Origin: a virus | Taxonomy: Duplodnaviria > Heunggongvirae > Uroviricota > Caudoviricetes | IMG/VR virus record: IMGVR_UViG_3300009193_000001 | Length of the DNA: 64,000 nt | Strand: one strand, 5' to 3' | In this document: piece by piece, positions 1 to 8,257 of the stretch | Numbering within the stretch: the stretch's first letter is position 1 | How the letters are laid out: the number at the start of each line of letters is the position of its first letter | Translations under genes and position numbers: made by a program | The notes under the pieces: generated by a model | Told to the model about the DNA's origin: nothing | The model's input: the letters and a program-made list of their open reading frames with translations, nothing else | The model's database searches: none

Positions 1-25
1 TTACCAGTATTGTTAGGTATTTTGT

Positions 26-496
26 ATGCCGCTTGGTTCCATAATGATTAATTTGTTAGGTAAGCAAATTCAGGTAAGTGAACCGGACAACGAAGAAGAT
101 ACAAAAAAACCTGACGTACCTAAGCTATTTGATTGGTTGAAGGCAATCAATCAATCAAAAGATGATTTACGTAGAGTCGACCCATCGTTGGTTGGTTTCG
201 AACCATTTATTATAACTAAAGGCTTAGGTCAAAGCGAAACCACAATTGGTTTTGCAAATATAATGAATAAAATGCCACATATCCCAAAAGATATGGTATA
301 CTTATTTTATCTAAATGGTGTGCCTAAACATAGAGCATACGCCAAGTGGGCTAAAAACTCCCACGGTAAAGATTTAAAGCCATTCATGGAAATGACTGGT
401 GTTAGTAGAGAAAAAGCATTAGAGGCACTTAGAGTGTTGACTAAGGCGCAAATTAAACGTATACTTCGCCCAATTGGCGGTAAAATTAAAAACTAG
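26..496 (+). CDS. 62: Clamp-loader small subunit, T4 gp62-like
   Basis: Translation aligns to T4 gp62 C-terminal half (VPKHRAYAKWAKN vs T4 VPRGKRYGKWAKL). An in-frame stop at 14-16 prevents upstream extension. gp44 is presumably just upstream of the window. Confidence 0.6.
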   Translation: MPLGSIMINLLGKQIQVSEPDNEEDTKKPDVPKLFDWLKAINQSKDDLRRVDPSLVGFEPFIITKGLGQSETTIGFANIMNKMPHIPKDMVYLFYLNGVPKHRAYAKWAKNSHGKDLKPFMEMTGVSREKALEALRVLTKAQIKRILRPIGGKIKN

Positions 497-505
497 GAGA
501 AAATT

Positions 506-1174
506 ATGACTAAATCAACTTTCACACGTGTAGCAGAATGGAATATTATTTGTGGTAAATCGGCACCAACTATCGGTACTATGGATTATTACACAGCATT
601 ATCAAACCAAGCGGCACGAATTAAAGAAGAGCTTCAAGAACTCGAAGATGCAATTACTTTATCACGAGCAATCACCGAAGCCATGGCTGAACCCGATTAT
701 GATGTTAATGATATTATTTCATTTGGTGGCGAAGTTATCGAAGTTAACCAAAAATCTTTAGACCACTGGAAACAAGAAATTTTGGATGCTGGGTGTGACT
801 TGGATGTTGTTGTTGCCGGAACAAACTTTATTTCTGGCCACAATTACCAAGGCGCTATCAATTCGGTCTTGGACAACAATGACGTGAAATATACGCACAT
901 CTTAGATGATGCAAGCGCAGCGTTAGCTTACTTGGGCGAAGAAGACCATAATATCGTGGCGACTAAAGTACTTATCGATTTCGATGATGAAAACCTAAGC
1001 CTTGCTGATGGTATCGAAAACTTAATCGAGCACGGCTACACTGCCCAAGAAATTGACGGTAACGCTGTCGTGTACCAATACAGTGTACATCGCAACTCGG
1101 ATGATAAGATTTGTAAACTATTAAATCATCCTAAAGTAGACTTGTCTCCATTCATGGCAACTGACGATGAGTAA
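506..1174 (+). CDS. Putative all-alpha NTP pyrophosphohydrolase (MazG/dCTPase-like)
   Basis: EELQELEDAI-type ExxEL motif near the N-terminus followed by acidic helix; size 222 aa. Weak, motif-only. Confidence 0.3.
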   Translation: MTKSTFTRVAEWNIICGKSAPTIGTMDYYTALSNQAARIKEELQELEDAITLSRAITEAMAEPDYDVNDIISFGGEVIEVNQKSLDHWKQEILDAGCDLDVVVAGTNFISGHNYQGAINSVLDNNDVKYTHILDDASAALAYLGEEDHNIVATKVLIDFDDENLSLADGIENLIEHGYTAQEIDGNAVVYQYSVHRNSDDKICKLLNHPKVDLSPFMATDDE

Positions 1175-1347
1175 TAGCTGGACGGAAGAAGAGTTCGAAG
1201 AATTCGCACATATTTCGGACAATCTATCCTCACCGGACCAGTGTGACCGGATAGGTGCCAGAATGGACATGCCGAGGTTTGTAGAGAAGCACGGCAAAGA
1301 AAAGTGCGACTTGATGTTTGAAGAACTAACAAAAGATGAATAATTAG

Positions 1348-1381
1348 TTGACTTTTATCTATGGGTCTATACAATGGACCC
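1348..1381 (+). promoter_or_regulatory. Sigma70-like promoter TTGACT-16-TACAAT with IR gggtc/gaccc flanking the -10; duplicated at 22931
   Basis: TTGACT 1348-1353, TACAAT 1370-1375, arms 1363-1367/1377-1381; about 66 bp including the leader is repeated at 22928-22995. Confidence 0.6.
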
Positions 1382-1412
1382 ATATTCAAGAGAAACTAAT
1401 AAGGACTATATT

Positions 1413-1868
1413 ATGAGAGCACCTAAATTTATCACACAAATTAAGCGTTTAGCAAGCAAGCACCACAAGCAACAAATGTATGGAGATAAACCGTACATGA
1501 GCCATATATTTGATGTGGTCAGAGAAACACACGCAATCGTAATTGAGCGTGGTATAGTTGATGGCTCTGATGAATATTGGAAATACATCGCAGTCGCATT
1601 CGGTCATGATTTAATCGAAGACACTAGCGTAAAAATAGACACATTATTATGGTCTAATATTCCGGTTGATGCTGTTAATGGTATCGATATGATGACGAAG
1701 CGTAATGGTGAATCTCGTACAGAATATATTGAGCGAGTAAAATCCGACAAGTACAGCCACTTAGTTAAACAGGCAGATTCGCTAAGCAATTTAACACATA
1801 GCATTCGTGCTGGTAACTCTAAGCGAATTGCTAAATACACAACATACTTATCAATATTGGGAGAATAA
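1413..1868 (+). CDS. HD-domain phosphohydrolase, small alarmone hydrolase (SpoT/Mesh1-like)
   Basis: His...HD pattern with VAFGHDLIEDT, matching the (p)ppGpp-hydrolase HDxxED signature. The ORF-track start at 1374 lies inside the conserved promoter leader; ATG at 1413 has an AAGGA RBS. Confidence 0.6.
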   Translation: MRAPKFITQIKRLASKHHKQQMYGDKPYMSHIFDVVRETHAIVIERGIVDGSDEYWKYIAVAFGHDLIEDTSVKIDTLLWSNIPVDAVNGIDMMTKRNGESRTEYIERVKSDKYSHLVKQADSLSNLTHSIRAGNSKRIAKYTTYLSILGE

Positions 1869-1869
1869 A

Positions 1870-2097
1870 ATGAGCGTTGTAGATTTAACTAAACAGACAG
1901 CAGAGCGTGGATATTTCAGCCACAATCAAGAAATGCTGGAGAAAACTAAACCATTCCTTGATGCGATATTGGCGAAATATCCTACTGGTGTCCATATCCA
2001 AAGAGTAGGCGATTTTATATATAACGTCCATATAATGAATCAGGTTTGGCAATTTGAAAATGATGGTAACGTCGCACAGATGTTTCGAATTGGTTAG
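1870..2097 (+). CDS. Hypothetical protein
   Basis: ORF with GGGAGA RBS upstream of ATG 1870; no recognisable motif. Confidence 0.4.
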   Translation: MSVVDLTKQTAERGYFSHNQEMLEKTKPFLDAILAKYPTGVHIQRVGDFIYNVHIMNQVWQFENDGNVAQMFRIG

Positions 2098-2106
2098 GGG
2101 GGATAT

Positions 2107-2766
2107 ATGTTTAACAAAGAAGAATTAGCAATTGCTCGCGTGAAATATGTCGGTAAGATGTATAGAGCTAAATACGCAGATATATCCTTCGATTTGTCTT
2201 TTGATGATTATTTAAATTTGATAACGAATGCTGGTATATCGGTCAGTGATATCGGTCGTGCTGGCAATCAGTTTTGCTTAGGTAGAAAATGTACAAAAAC
2301 TGGAAAGGTTGATGGGGATTTGCCATATTCTATAGGTACATGTCGATTTATAACAAAAGCAGAAAACACTGCAGAGGCAGAGAAAGGTACAACATTTAGT
2401 GCCAAGATGTCTGCTATACATAAAGGTAAAGTTGTATCAGCACCCCAACGAAAGGGGATGTCCGAACGTATGATAGGCAACACTAATCTTAAGGGCTTCA
2501 AGCAAACCGAATATAGTAAAAAAGTTACATCCGATAGAATGCTTGGCACTTTACCATGGGATGTATATAACACAAACGAAACCCAACTAAAAGCTTGGAA
2601 AATTATGCCAGAAATACATACAAAATGGATTGAGTTTGGTAGACCTAAAACTGGATTCAGGTTAGCCAAGATATATGGCGGTCATCTAAATAAAATGGTA
2701 CGTATATTTATGGACGAACCGAAGTATATTAAAATATTAAAAGAATGGAGGGTAAAATATGGATAA
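2107..2766 (+). CDS. HNH_3-like homing-endonuclease-like protein (paralog of 8258..8833)
   Basis: Shares LSFDDxxxxIxxAGIxxSDIG...LGRKC...DGDLPY...TCRFITKxEN block with ORF 8258. The tail (VDGD...CRFITKAEN) resembles the HNH_3 VDHIDxN...NLRWVTxSEN signature, with the first His replaced. Confidence 0.45.
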   Translation: MFNKEELAIARVKYVGKMYRAKYADISFDLSFDDYLNLITNAGISVSDIGRAGNQFCLGRKCTKTGKVDGDLPYSIGTCRFITKAENTAEAEKGTTFSAKMSAIHKGKVVSAPQRKGMSERMIGNTNLKGFKQTEYSKKVTSDRMLGTLPWDVYNTNETQLKAWKIMPEIHTKWIEFGRPKTGFRLAKIYGGHLNKMVRIFMDEPKYIKILKEWRVKYG

Positions 2767-5377
2767 AATATGGTATATGAATTGTGAAGCGAGAGGCAAC
2801 AATATTTTGCTTACGTATTCGCACAACGGGGAAACTAAATACCAGAAAATAAGCGACTATAAACCATCGTTATTTTCTGAGTCTGCGGGTCCAACCGAAT
2901 ATACAGAATTACTTTCGGGTAAACATCTGTTCAAGAAAACATATAAAAATATGTGGGAAGCGAACCAAGCCATACGTCAAGCGCACGATACTGAAGGTAT
3001 GACTATTTACGGTAACCGTAATTTCAACTATACGTTTTTGCATGAAAATTTCGACGACATGGAACTGAATTATGATGCGTCAAAAATACGAGGTTTTATA
3101 ATCGATATCGAATGTCCGTCGGATTTTGGTTTCCCTGAAGCTTCAAAAGCTGAGTGGGCCATCAACTTGATGTGTATACGTGATTCTATTACTGGTATAT
3201 ACGATGTATATGGCCTTGAGAGCTTCGCAATTGAACGATACCTCGATAAGCTAATCGAAGGTGGTGTTACGATGGAAGAGGTCAGATACCATCAGTTTGA
3301 TAGCGAAATTGACCTATTAGAAGCCATGGTAAGTTACTGGGAAAATAATTACCCACAATACATTACCGGATGGAACATAACAAACTTCGATATGCCTTAT
3401 ATATACAATCGACTTCAACGTTGCGGATTTAACGCAAACCGTCTGTCTCCATGGAACTCGGTACGAGTACGTGACTTTACTGATGGCTTTGGTAAAGATG
3501 CACAAAACATTATCATCTCTGGTGTTAGTGATTTGGATTATATAGACCTATACAAAAAGAATAGGTTTATAACTCGTGCAAGCTATAAGTTGGATTTCAT
3601 ACTGGAAATTGAAGGCTTAGGTAATAAGGTAGATTTCTCTCATATCGCACCGGACCTAAAAACTCTTTATCGAGTAGATTGGGATTTGTACACCGCATAC
3701 AATATAATCGATGTTGCTGGTATTAAACGGTTAGACGATAAATTGGGGTTCATTGGTATATCATTTGCCGTTGCTTATGCAGCAGGAATTAATTATAGTG
3801 ATGTGAGTTCTCCGGTGGCGACATGGGAAAACATTTTTTATCGGGACTTAATTAGAAGTAATGTTATATTACCGCCTAAAAAGAACCATGATAAAATAGG
3901 TTTCGAGGGTGGGTATGTTAAAGACCCACAAACTGGTAAGCATCGTTGGGTATGTAGTTTCGATTTGGCTTCTCTTTATCCGCATTTAATAATGCAATAT
4001 AATATTAGCCCAGAAACAATTAGCCAATATATGGTAGCTGGCGTGAATGTAGATACAATGACTGAGGGTGATTATTATAAGCCACCACCATTAGATTTGT
4101 GTGTATGTCCAACAGGTAATACATTTAAGCGAGATAAAGCTGGTATTATACCTAAGCAAATGTTACGATTATATCTTGAACGTAAAGAAATTAAGCGGCA
4201 GATGTTACAACATGAGCAAGATGTAATCGATATAGAAAACGGTAATTTTGATGAACATGCAATGTTTGGCAAGTATGGACTAAATCTAGCAACCGACACA
4301 TATGAAACACTATTATCGGCAGCAAAGAAACAAGTTAGCCTGAAGGACGGTGCGCAAATGGTTCGTAAGATTTTACTTAACTCTGCGTATGGTGCATTAG
4401 CGAATATACATTTTTGTTTGTTTGATTTACGTTTAGCTGAAAGCATAACTAAATCAGGTCAACTTAGTATTCGTTGGATAGGCCGTGTGGTTAATGAGAA
4501 GCTAAATGCTGCGTTCGGCACCAATAAAGACTATGTGGTGTATACCGATACCGATTCTATCTATGTTAAGTTAGAAGAGGTCGTCGAGCGTATGGGTTAT
4601 TCGGATAAACCAACCGATGAAATTGTTGCCATGCTTGATAATTTCTGCTCCAGTAAAATGGAACCGATGATTAATGCAGGTTATGAAGAATTGGCGAAGT
4701 ATACTAATGCATATGAGCAGAAGATGTTCATGGACCGTGAAGTTATTTCAGATAATTCTGTGTTCTGTGCCAAAAAGCGTTATGCTATGTCGGTGTGGAA
4801 TTCTGAAGGTGTTGCGTTCACTGAGCCATACATTAAAGTTATGGGATTGGATTTAGTTAAATCATCCACTCCGCAGGTCTGTAGGGACGCCATGAAGGAA
4901 ACTGTACGTATGATATTAAATCATACCGAAAGTGAAGTTCAGGCATACTTCAGGGACTTTAGAGAACGGTATAATGGATTCACACCAGAACAGATTGCCA
5001 AACCGAGTGGTGTATCTGCGATGGAAGAAAAATATTGTAATGGTGATGGTAGTTTCCGTGATGGTACTGTATACTACATATCTAAAGCGTGTATCCATTA
5101 CAACAGGCATATAGAAAAGTTGGGTTTAGATAAGGTTAAGGTGGTTGCTGGCGATAAGATTAAATATCTTGAATTGAAGCTCCCAAACAAACTAAAATCT
5201 AAAGATATTGGATTTCCTGATGAATTGCCTATTGAATTTGGTCTACATCATAAGGTAGACTATAAGACAATGTTTGAAAAGACGTTCAAGAAGCCGATGG
5301 AAGACATCGCGAGATTGATTGGTTGGTCCCTTGAGCCTAAAGCGACATTGAAAGGTTTATTATTTAAAAAGAAATAA
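2759..5377 (+). CDS. 43: Family B DNA polymerase, T4 gp43-like
   Basis: Exo motifs (TGWNITNFDMPYIYNRL), motif A DLASLYPHLIMQYNISPET, KILLNSAYGALAN, motif C YTDTDSIYV; collinear with T4 gp43. Confidence 0.95.
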   Translation: MDKIWYMNCEARGNNILLTYSHNGETKYQKISDYKPSLFSESAGPTEYTELLSGKHLFKKTYKNMWEANQAIRQAHDTEGMTIYGNRNFNYTFLHENFDDMELNYDASKIRGFIIDIECPSDFGFPEASKAEWAINLMCIRDSITGIYDVYGLESFAIERYLDKLIEGGVTMEEVRYHQFDSEIDLLEAMVSYWENNYPQYITGWNITNFDMPYIYNRLQRCGFNANRLSPWNSVRVRDFTDGFGKDAQNIIISGVSDLDYIDLYKKNRFITRASYKLDFILEIEGLGNKVDFSHIAPDLKTLYRVDWDLYTAYNIIDVAGIKRLDDKLGFIGISFAVAYAAGINYSDVSSPVATWENIFYRDLIRSNVILPPKKNHDKIGFEGGYVKDPQTGKHRWVCSFDLASLYPHLIMQYNISPETISQYMVAGVNVDTMTEGDYYKPPPLDLCVCPTGNTFKRDKAGIIPKQMLRLYLERKEIKRQMLQHEQDVIDIENGNFDEHAMFGKYGLNLATDTYETLLSAAKKQVSLKDGAQMVRKILLNSAYGALANIHFCLFDLRLAESITKSGQLSIRWIGRVVNEKLNAAFGTNKDYVVYTDTDSIYVKLEEVVERMGYSDKPTDEIVAMLDNFCSSKMEPMINAGYEELAKYTNAYEQKMFMDREVISDNSVFCAKKRYAMSVWNSEGVAFTEPYIKVMGLDLVKSSTPQVCRDAMKETVRMILNHTESEVQAYFRDFRERYNGFTPEQIAKPSGVSAMEEKYCNGDGSFRDGTVYYISKACIHYNRHIEKLGLDKVKVVAGDKIKYLELKLPNKLKSKDIGFPDELPIEFGLHHKVDYKTMFEKTFKKPMEDIARLIGWSLEPKATLKGLLFKKK

Positions 5378-5384
5378 ATATTAG

Positions 5385-5419
5385 TTGACTTTACACTGGA
5401 ACCTAGTAACATAGGTTCC
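5385..5419 (+). promoter_or_regulatory. Promoter TTGACT-16-TAACAT with IR ggaacc/ggttcc around the -10
   Basis: Arms 5398-5403 / 5414-5419; followed by ccaagataaag leader similar to the other cassettes. Confidence 0.5.
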
Positions 5420-5452
5420 AAGATAAAGATAATTAATTAAACGGAGAAAATT

Positions 5453-6196
5453 ATGAAAACTACAATCAATGCAAACGAACTTAAAGAACTTAGTGCCTGT
5501 ACGTCAGGATATAAAACATTCGTTGAAGCTCATGAAGATAAAACTGTTAAGCTGAGTGAAGCTTTAGAATCTAATGGTATTGATGACCTGTTTTGGTTGT
5601 TAGATGAAATACCCCTATCAACAGAGCAAGAAAATGATTTACGGTTGTTGGCTTGTGATTATGCATCAGACGTTTTACATATTTTCGAAGAAAAATATCC
5701 TACTGATAAAAGACCAAGATTGGCCATTGAAGCAGCTAGAAAATATATAAATGGTGAGATAAGTAAAGAGGAATTAGATGATGTTGTTGTTGCTGCTGCT
5801 GCTGCTCGTGCTGCTGCTCGCTCTGCTACTGTTGCTGCTCGTGCTGCTGCTCGCTCTGCTACTGTTGCTGCTGTTGCTGATTATGCTGCTAGTGCTGTTG
5901 CTGATTATGCTGCTAGTGCTACTACTTCTTCTCGTGCTGCTGCTCGCTCTGCTACTGTTGCTGCTGTTGCTGATTATGCTGATTATGCTGCTGCTGCTGC
6001 TCGTGCTGCTTCTCGCTCTGCTACTGTTGCTGCTGCTGCTGCTCGTGCTGATTATGCTGCTGCTGCTACTGTTGCTGCTGTTGCTGATTATGCTGCTAGT
6101 GCTGTTGCTGATTATGCTGCTAGTGCTACTACTTCTTCTCGTAAAACGCAATCAGAGCAATTAATGAAGGTTTTATTGAAATGGGAAAATAAATAG
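5453..6196 (+). CDS. Hypothetical protein with Ala-rich tandem-repeat C-terminal region
   Basis: About 115-aa N-terminal globular region followed by about 120 aa of AAAR/AARSATVA/AVADYAAS units encoded by GCT-rich near-perfect DNA repeats (5785..6140). Preceded by a promoter cassette at 5385. Confidence 0.6.
   Translation: MKTTINANELKELSACTSGYKTFVEAHEDKTVKLSEALESNGIDDLFWLLDEIPLSTEQENDLRLLACDYASDVLHIFEEKYPTDKRPRLAIEAARKYINGEISKEELDDVVVAAAAARAAARSATVAARAAARSATVAAVADYAASAVADYAASATTSSRAAARSATVAAVADYADYAAAAARAASRSATVAAAAARADYAAAATVAAVADYAASAVADYAASATTSSRKTQSEQLMKVLLKWENK
5785..6140 (+). repeat. GCT-rich coding tandem repeats (Ala-rich peptide units)
   Basis: Recurring units gctgctgctcgt, gctgctcgctctgctactgttgct, gctgttgctgattatgct, gctgctagt; several 60-100-bp blocks duplicated exactly. 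Confidence 0.85.
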
Positions 6197-6234
6197 TTGA
6201 CACGGTCTTGGGGTCATGTATAATGGCTCCAAGA
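6196..6234 (+). promoter_or_regulatory. Promoter TTGACA-17-TATAAT with IR tcttgg/ccaaga; conserved 60-bp cassette (copy 1 of 3)
   Basis: TTGACA 6196-6201, TATAAT 6219-6224, conserved leader tggctccaagatgaacaaacggagaaa to ATG 6254. Confidence 0.65.
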
Positions 6235-6253
6235 TGAACAAACGGAGAAAAAT

Positions 6254-6613
6254 ATGAGTCAGTTATTTATAGATAGTGTTACTGAATTAGCAAAGTTAAA
6301 CCATAACAAGTTTACTGCCATTGAGCAGTTGGCATTAAAGCAATTAGAAAGTAAATGCCACGAATCATTATCTCATATTGATAGAGCTATCAGGATATCG
6401 AAAAATGCCGATACAGAAATAAAAAATAGCCCAGAAAAAATGGAAGATGTTCGTCGATATTATTCGTATATATTATCTTCGTGCGAAATGATGTCGTCTT
6501 CGTTTTTACTTAAGCCTGTTAAGGGTCATGTAATCCAACGAGACCGTACATTTATTGCGAAATATATGGAAGCTGCAAAAATTTTATTAGAAAAACATAA
6601 AATTAGTAGTTGA
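6254..6613 (+). CDS. Hypothetical protein
   Basis: 119-aa ORF directly downstream of conserved promoter/leader cassette (6196..6253) with GGAG RBS. Confidence 0.55.
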   Translation: MSQLFIDSVTELAKLNHNKFTAIEQLALKQLESKCHESLSHIDRAIRISKNADTEIKNSPEKMEDVRRYYSYILSSCEMMSSSFLLKPVKGHVIQRDRTFIAKYMEAAKILLEKHKISS

Positions 6614-6648
6614 CAATAGAATCGAGTCATATTATAATGGCTCCAAGA
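6610..6648 (+). promoter_or_regulatory. Promoter TTGACA-17-TATAAT; conserved cassette copy 2
   Basis: TTGACA 6610-6615, TATAAT 6633-6638, leader ggctccaagataaacaaacggagaaa to ATG 6668. Confidence 0.65.
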
Positions 6649-6667
6649 TAAACAAACGGAGAAAGTT

Positions 6668-6814
6668 ATGTCATCATTCAAGCACCATTGGGCATTTAAT
6701 GTTGTTTCGATAAGTAGAGAAACTATAAAAAGACCTTTACTTACTCTTTGGAAACATGATAAACTAGTTCAGTACAAGGGACAAAGAATTATCCCTTGCA
6801 AATATATCGGTTAG
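6668..6814 (+). CDS. Small hypothetical protein (48 aa)
   Basis: Below the ORF-track cutoff, but preceded by the same conserved promoter/leader cassette (6610..6667) and GGAG RBS as the 6254 and 30596 genes. Confidence 0.35.
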   Translation: MSSFKHHWAFNVVSISRETIKRPLLTLWKHDKLVQYKGQRIIPCKYIG

Positions 6815-6904
6815 ATATATTTATGTAAATGTTTAGTATCTGGTGACGTATGGGTGTCGATAGCCCAATATGAATAGAATATATGTTGTTTGTTCCTTCT
6901 GTAT

Positions 6905-6926
6905 ATTCATGGCATATTCATGGCCC
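6905..6926 (+). repeat. Direct repeat atattcatggc x2 in non-coding region
   Basis: Seen in sequence within the 197-bp ORF-free gap 6817..7013. Confidence 0.6.
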
Positions 6927-7013
6927 GTATGGTGGGATTAAGACTTAAGATTGGCAAGTTCGATTCTTGCACACTAAACAATTACATAAATGTATTTATT
7001 ATAGGAGAAAAAT

Positions 7014-7277
7014 ATGCAAAACGTACAATTTATTTTGAACGAAGATGGCTTCGCGTTTGAAGTTAAATGTGAAATCGACCTAGAAAATTTAGAAGGTTGC
7101 GAGTTATTTGAAACTGAAGAAGAGTTATGCCAAGCACACCGAGAAATCCACAAAAATTCTGGATTTCGAGCGGAACTTATCACGATTGATGAAGCCGAAA
7201 TTGTATCAAATTTTGATGGTGTTATTGGTGTAGTTGATTCTTGTGTTGCGGTGTATGTATCGGCCTTCTCGTATTAG
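7014..7277 (+). CDS. Small acidic hypothetical protein
   Basis: 87 aa, about 23 percent Asp+Glu; AGGAG RBS upstream. Confidence 0.45.
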   Translation: MQNVQFILNEDGFAFEVKCEIDLENLEGCELFETEEELCQAHREIHKNSGFRAELITIDEAEIVSNFDGVIGVVDSCVAVYVSAFSY

Positions 7278-7352
7278 GGGATTTTTTATGAGTAAAGATA
7301 AATTTAGTATAGGGATAATAGATAAATCTAGATGTTCTAGAATCTTAAACCA

Positions 7353-7983
7353 ATGGCACTATTTAAAGACGTGAGCAAATCGTTTAAAAGTGGAATAAAT
7401 TATGGACTATTCGATGATGGGAAGTTAGTTGGCGTATGTATATATACAGGATTTCCTGTACCTGAATTAGTTTATGGTATGTTTGGTTTGGATAGAGACG
7501 ACCAACAAGGGTTTTATGAACTTAGTCGGTTATGTATCAGCCCACAAACACAAGAATCTGAACATAATATAGCCAGTTGGTTTATAAGTAAAACCATCAA
7601 GGAACTTAGAAGAAATTTTAGTGTTCGTGCTATTCTAAGTTATGCAGACGACGACCACCATAATGGTATAATTTATAAGGCTTCAAACTTCACTTATTAT
7701 GGCAAAACAGCAAAAAAAAAGCGATTTTTGGATTCGCCACAAAAATGGGACATACACCAAACATTCACGGGGTAAGATTAGTGGATTGGATGGCGAATGG
7801 CGACCGCGCAGTATAAAACACCGATTTGTTATGGTCTATGATGGAACTTTGGACATGAAATGGGAAGAACAATTATGGATTAGAACGCCAGATAGAATAA
7901 GACCAACAGTTGTGGCTGGTCCATCAAATGGTATACAAAAAACACCATTCGTTAAATTGTTATTTGGTAACTCGCATGATTGA
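7353..7983 (+). pseudogene. Frameshifted paralog of ORF 22057..22668 (split at an A9 homopolymer 7712..7720)
   Basis: ORF 7353..7775 (frame 0) matches the N-terminal 110 aa of the 22057 protein (ELSRLC, SYADxxxxHxGxIYKAxNF). ORF 7699..7983 (frame +1) matches its C-terminal part (HxxxxYxKxxRxKxxG, FxxVY). An A8 tract would give one 210-aa ORF. Confidence 0.6.
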
Positions 7984-8248
7984 AATAAAAGAAATCGCAG
8001 GTTTCGATGAAGCCAAGCAACGAAAAGTTATGAACGTGTTATTATATGGCACAAGTAAAGCAAAAACCGCTTTACAATTCGAAACGAGTCGTGGTACTAT
8101 TATTCGCATCGAACAGCAGATGGCTCCAATATTAGAAGCCGAAGCCGATGTGTGTATTGGTCAAGATATACATGAAGCAATATCAACATTTGGCCACAAT
8201 AAAAAAATTAAACGTACACCGTTTACAGTATTAGTGTTAAACTATTAG
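7976..8248 (+). CDS. Small HTH protein resembling sigma-70 region 4
   Basis: AKQRKVMNVLLYGTSKAKTALQFETSRGTIIRIEQQ resembles region 4.2 (L..R...VL.LRfG...TLeEIG..fgVTRERIRQIE). Start at internal ATG 7976. Confidence 0.35.
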   Translation: MIEIKEIAGFDEAKQRKVMNVLLYGTSKAKTALQFETSRGTIIRIEQQMAPILEAEADVCIGQDIHEAISTFGHNKKIKRTPFTVLVLNY

Positions 8249-8257
8249 GAACTAGAA

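Noticed and set aside
1374-1412. ORF-track start of the HD-domain gene at 1374
   Set aside because: ATG 1374 lies inside the duplicated promoter leader (same sequence precedes gene 22996 without being coding there). ATG 1413 has a proper RBS.
5774-6164. Poly-Ser (minus) and poly-Leu (plus) ORFs overlapping the Ala-repeat region
   Set aside because: Artefacts of translating the GCT/AGC-rich tandem repeat in other frames or on the other strand. Only the plus-frame ORF has an intact N-terminal domain, RBS and promoter.
6921-6980. tRNA-like element: ggcaagTTCGATTcttgc looks like a T-arm (5-bp stem, TTCGATT loop) in the 197-bp ORF-free gap
   Set aside because: No complementary 5' acceptor strand (ttagtgt) and no convincing D or anticodon arms within 60-75 nt upstream. 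Treated as a coincidental match; the gap may still be regulatory.
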